From: an uncultured Aliarcobacter sp.
GTDB lineage: Bacteria > Campylobacterota > Campylobacteria > Campylobacterales > Arcobacteraceae
Length of the DNA stretch: 64,000 bases
Direction: 5' to 3'
NCBI GenBank assembly: GCA_963677435.1
Contig: OY781945.1
Location: forward strand, 32,001-96,000
Position numbers and translations under genes: made by a program. Numbering within the stretch: position 1 is the first letter of the stretch; each line of letters starts with the position of its first letter. Below the pieces are notes generated by a model. That model was given only the letters and a program-made list of their open reading frames with translations, was not told where the DNA came from and searched no databases. This document shows, in pieces, positions 60,706 through 64,000 of this stretch.

Positions 60706-61248
60706 ATGTACATTCATAAAAACTTTCACTTATTTTTGATTTTATTCATTCTTGTTTTATTTACAGGCTGTATAAAAAAATTAGATAGTGATGGCTTAAC
60801 TTTAAAAATACAAGAGAGTGAACTAAACAACTTTTCACAAGAATTCCCTATAAAAAAAGATTTTGTATTTGCAAATACTCAAATAGAAAAACCAAACTTT
60901 TTCATCAAAAAAGGAACAAATAGATTAAGTGCAAATATTGATATGAGTTTATCAGCTATTTTTATTCCAAGTGCAAAGGGAACTTTTACCCTATCAGGAA
61001 CTCCATATTTTGACAAAGAAAAATCAGGTGTTTTTCTAAAAGATGTTCAAATAGAAAAACTTGAATTTAATAACATAAATTTAAATAGTGATTTTACAAA
61101 TATAGTAACTTCAAATATGAAACCAGTAATTGATAATGTTTTCACAAATTTCCCTATTTATGAACTTGAGAAATCATCTTTCAAAGGCTCTTTTGTAAAA
61201 GAAGTAAAAATAGAAGACTCAGAACTTTTAGTTCTTTTTGGAATATAA
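60706..61248 (+). CDS. DUF1439-like lipoprotein
   Basis: Lipobox LFTGC; FPIKK; GTPYFD; PIYEL. Confidence 0.7.
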   Translation: MYIHKNFHLFLILFILVLFTGCIKKLDSDGLTLKIQESELNNFSQEFPIKKDFVFANTQIEKPNFFIKKGTNRLSANIDMSLSAIFIPSAKGTFTLSGTPYFDKEKSGVFLKDVQIEKLEFNNINLNSDFTNIVTSNMKPVIDNVFTNFPIYELEKSSFKGSFVKEVKIEDSELLVLFGI

Positions 61249-61251
61249 ACT

Positions 61252-61842
61252 CTATTTTATTTGACTAAGTTGTAAAGACAAATCTTTTACAACTTCTTCA
61301 AAAGCTTTGTTTGTAGCTATTACAAAGCCATAAGCATTATTTGTTTCACATAAAATCTTTTTATCATAACTATATGTTTTTAGAACTTCATCATTTGATA
61401 CTAAATCAAATCTTACTTTTACAATTGCGTATGATTTATCACTTTCAAAACTGTGATAAAGATTTACTACATTTGTTTTTAATTCATAATCAAATTTGAT
61501 TTTTGATTTTTCTTCTAAAACTGTTTTAAAAATATTGCTATTTTGTATTGCTTGAACTAAATTACTATGAATCATATAAGAAGGCAGATTTATCCATCTA
61601 TTTAAAGCATACTCTTCAAATAAGTAAGGTTTTGTTGTATAAAATATTGAGTATTGATTGAAACTTTTATTTACAGATGGAATTTCTACATATATAGATT
61701 TTGAACCATTAACAAATGAGCTTTTATTTGATTTAAAATCTATGGCATAACTATTTATATTTAAATTGTCTTGTTTTGGTATGCAAGCAGATAAAAGCAC
61801 CATTACACTTAAATAAACAAAAATTCTTATACTATTTTTCAT
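61252..61842 (-). CDS. ABC-type transport auxiliary lipoprotein (PqiC-like)
   Basis: Lipobox LSAC; YALNRWINLP; last gene of MCE operon; GGAG RBS before ATG 61842. Confidence 0.8.
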   Translation of the reverse strand: MKNSIRIFVYLSVMVLLSACIPKQDNLNINSYAIDFKSNKSSFVNGSKSIYVEIPSVNKSFNQYSIFYTTKPYLFEEYALNRWINLPSYMIHSNLVQAIQNSNIFKTVLEEKSKIKFDYELKTNVVNLYHSFESDKSYAIVKVRFDLVSNDEVLKTYSYDKKILCETNNAYGFVIATNKAFEEVVKDLSLQLSQIK

Positions 61843-62746
61843 TACTCTCTCCTGGGCCATATTTTATATTTTTTTGTTTAAAAATCATATCACTTGGACT
61901 TTGGTTTAAATCATCAATCAATCTTTGTGTTTGTCCTAATGTTGTTTCTAATCCATCTAAAACTGTATTTAACTTATCAAAACTCTCTTGAGATAACTCT
62001 TTTACATCAAATGAACCTTTTTTCACTTCCCCTAAAAGCTGCGTTGATAAAGCTTTGAAGGTATTTGCAGATTTACTTATATTATCAAAAGATTTATTTC
62101 CAGTTTTTGCAAGACTTGAAATATTTGCTAAAAGATCATCTATTTTCTTTTCATTACTTATTAAATATCTACTAAATTGTTCCATATTTGCCATACTATT
62201 TTGTGTATGATTTAATATTTGTGAAATTGAATTTATATTTTCATCAGCTAAAAGCTTTTTCATTTGAGATAAAACTATTGTTAATTCATTTGTTAAATCC
62301 GTTGTTGAATCAACCAAAGAGGTTAAATCTGATACTTTTGATTTGATGACTTTTATTCCATCTGCATTTGCTTCTAAAAGTTTTGAGTCATTACTTCCAC
62401 CTTTTAACTCAATGTATTTAAGTCCTGTGATTCCTAGATTTCCTAAAACTGCGATGTTATCCTCTTTTATTGGAGTTCCTTTATTAATTACAATATTTAT
62501 TTGTATCTCTTCTGAATTATTAGGATTTATTTTTATCTCATTTACATTTCCAACCTCAAAACCTTTATACTTAATAGAAGACCCAAGATTTAATCCAGAA
62601 ATTGACTCTTTAAAATAAATTGTATATTCATCAAATTTTTTCTTTTCAAAGCCATATTTTCCCAACCAAAACACAGTTGCTAAAAGAAAAACTACTATAG
62701 TGATTATAAATAGCCCTATTTTAAAAAAGTTTATTTTAGTATCCAT
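61832..62746 (-). CDS. MlaD/MCE family protein
   Basis: TM anchor; SISGLNLGSSIKYKGFEVGNV; GITGLKYIEL; long helical tail. Confidence 0.9.
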   Translation of the reverse strand: MDTKINFFKIGLFIITIVVFLLATVFWLGKYGFEKKKFDEYTIYFKESISGLNLGSSIKYKGFEVGNVNEIKINPNNSEEIQINIVINKGTPIKEDNIAVLGNLGITGLKYIELKGGSNDSKLLEANADGIKVIKSKVSDLTSLVDSTTDLTNELTIVLSQMKKLLADENINSISQILNHTQNSMANMEQFSRYLISNEKKIDDLLANISSLAKTGNKSFDNISKSANTFKALSTQLLGEVKKGSFDVKELSQESFDKLNTVLDGLETTLGQTQRLIDDLNQSPSDMIFKQKNIKYGPGESNEK

Positions 62747-63480
62747 TATTTACCTTTATTTGTTAAAAAATCTTCAATAAATTCATCTTTTGAATCCATC
62801 GCTTGGCTTATATTTCCATCAAAGATTATCTTTTGTTTTAATATTATAAATCTTTCTAATACAGTTTTTATAGTCTCTAAATCATGGGTTATGATTATAA
62901 TCGTGATATTTAGCATATTTTTTAGATTGATTATCAACTCATTTATTTTTTGTGTACTAGCAGGATCCAAACCACTTGTAGGTTCATCCAAAAACAAAAT
63001 CTTTGGTTGCATGGCAAGACTTCGTGCAAGGGCAACTCTTTTTTTCATTCCTCCACTTATTTGTGAAGGATATAATAAAGCGCAACTTTTTGGAAGTCCT
63101 ACCATTTCAAGATTTGTATAAGCCATTTTTTCTATTAAATCTTTTGGTAAATCTGTGTATTCATTTAACATTACACTTATATTTTCAATCACATTTAAAA
63201 AAGAGTACAAAGCTCCAAACTGAAAAAGATATGAAAACTGCTGTTTTATATTTTGAACTTCTTTTAAATTTAAAGCTGAAATATCTTTTCCTAATATCTC
63301 AATCTTTCCCTTTTGAATTGGGGCTAACATAACCATTTGTTTGATTAATGTAGTTTTTCCTGAACCACTTCCACCTAAGATTCCAAATATCTCTTTTTCA
63401 TTTATAGAAAATGAAATATCTTTATGAACTATGTTTTCACCAAAGATTGTTGATAAATTATTTACTTTTATTATTTCCAT
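62746..63480 (-). CDS. MlaF-like ABC ATPase
   Basis: GGSGSGKT, FQFGAL, ISGGMKKR, DEPTSGLDP, THD. Confidence 0.92.
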   Translation of the reverse strand: MEIIKVNNLSTIFGENIVHKDISFSINEKEIFGILGGSGSGKTTLIKQMVMLAPIQKGKIEILGKDISALNLKEVQNIKQQFSYLFQFGALYSFLNVIENISVMLNEYTDLPKDLIEKMAYTNLEMVGLPKSCALLYPSQISGGMKKRVALARSLAMQPKILFLDEPTSGLDPASTQKINELIINLKNMLNITIIIITHDLETIKTVLERFIILKQKIIFDGNISQAMDSKDEFIEDFLTNKGK

Positions 63481-64000
63481 TATATTCCAATTTGAGTAAG
63501 AATTACTGAGAAAATCGCATTTAAAGCAATTACCACAAAAATAGCATTTACTACACTTATTGTGGTAAATTTTCCTATACTTGTAGTGTTATTTTGTACT
63601 TGAAAACCTCTATAACATCCAATTATCGCAATTGCCATTCCAAAAAATACAGATTTAAAAACTCCAATTAACAGATGTTTTAAGGGAACTTCTTGTCCCA
63701 TTCTATTTATAAATTCTGAAAAAGTAATATCTAAATTAGTGTACGCAACTACCATTCCACCCAATATTCCTATCATATCTGCAAAAAATACCAATAAAGG
63801 CAAAGCAATTAATAAAGCAAAAATTCGAGGTAATACCAAAAAAAGTACTGGCTCAAAATCCATAGTTCTCATGGCATCAATTTCATCAGTTATTTTCATA
63901 GCTCCAATTTCAGCAGCGTAAGAACTAGCACTTCGTCCAGCAATTACAATAGCAGTTACCAAAGGAGCGATTTCTCTAAACATTGTAATAGAAATCATCT
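63480..64000 (-). CDS. MlaE family ABC permease (5' truncated by window edge)
   Basis: REIAP, GRSASSYAAEIGAMK, EIDAM, VLPR, TTISVV. Confidence 0.92.
   Translation of the reverse strand, partial: MISITMFREIAPLVTAIVIAGRSASSYAAEIGAMKITDEIDAMRTMDFEPVLFLVLPRIFALLIALPLLVFFADMIGILGGMVVAYTNLDITFSEFINRMGQEVPLKHLLIGVFKSVFFGMAIAIIGCYRGFQVQNNTTSIGKFTTISVVNAIFVVIALNAIFSVILTQIGI

Overview
A very AT-rich, gene-dense chromosomal segment whose gene set, TTG starts and promoter style point to a Campylobacterota bacterium, most likely Arcobacteraceae (inferred, not database-checked). It is mostly core genome: thrS-infC-rpmI-rplT, rplM-rpsI, rpsT-prfA, glmM-lspA, leuC-mobA, the cdsA-dxr...tsaD...nnr-cutA-thiG operon, a six-tRNA cluster, oadGAB, cytochrome bd (DUF4492-cydAB), porCDAB, a Pst/Pho locus, tctCBA with a two-component system, and an Mla/MCE operon truncated at the right edge. 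I saw no IS elements, prophage, rRNA or CRISPR array. The most interesting items: (1) a ~105-nt candidate sRNA between porB and tctC with three anti-Shine-Dalgarno motifs, behind a promoter duplicated from the tctC promoter; (2) an unannotated 33-aa single-TM ORF coupled to cydB and a NifX-like gene (CioY/CydS-like); (3) a secreted cytochrome-c-like protein lacking CxxCH next to a DUF3373-like outer-membrane barrel; (4) a stand-alone SauUSI-like type IV restriction enzyme; (5) an EAL-CBS-GGDEF gene and a perfect 24-bp-arm palindrome splitting the pst operon, with a derivable Pho box; (6) a Tat-exported type II SQR plus tandem rhodanese; (7) AraC-type 22-bp repeats linking an AraC/GyrI regulator to oadGAB. 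All family assignments come from motif recognition, not searches.
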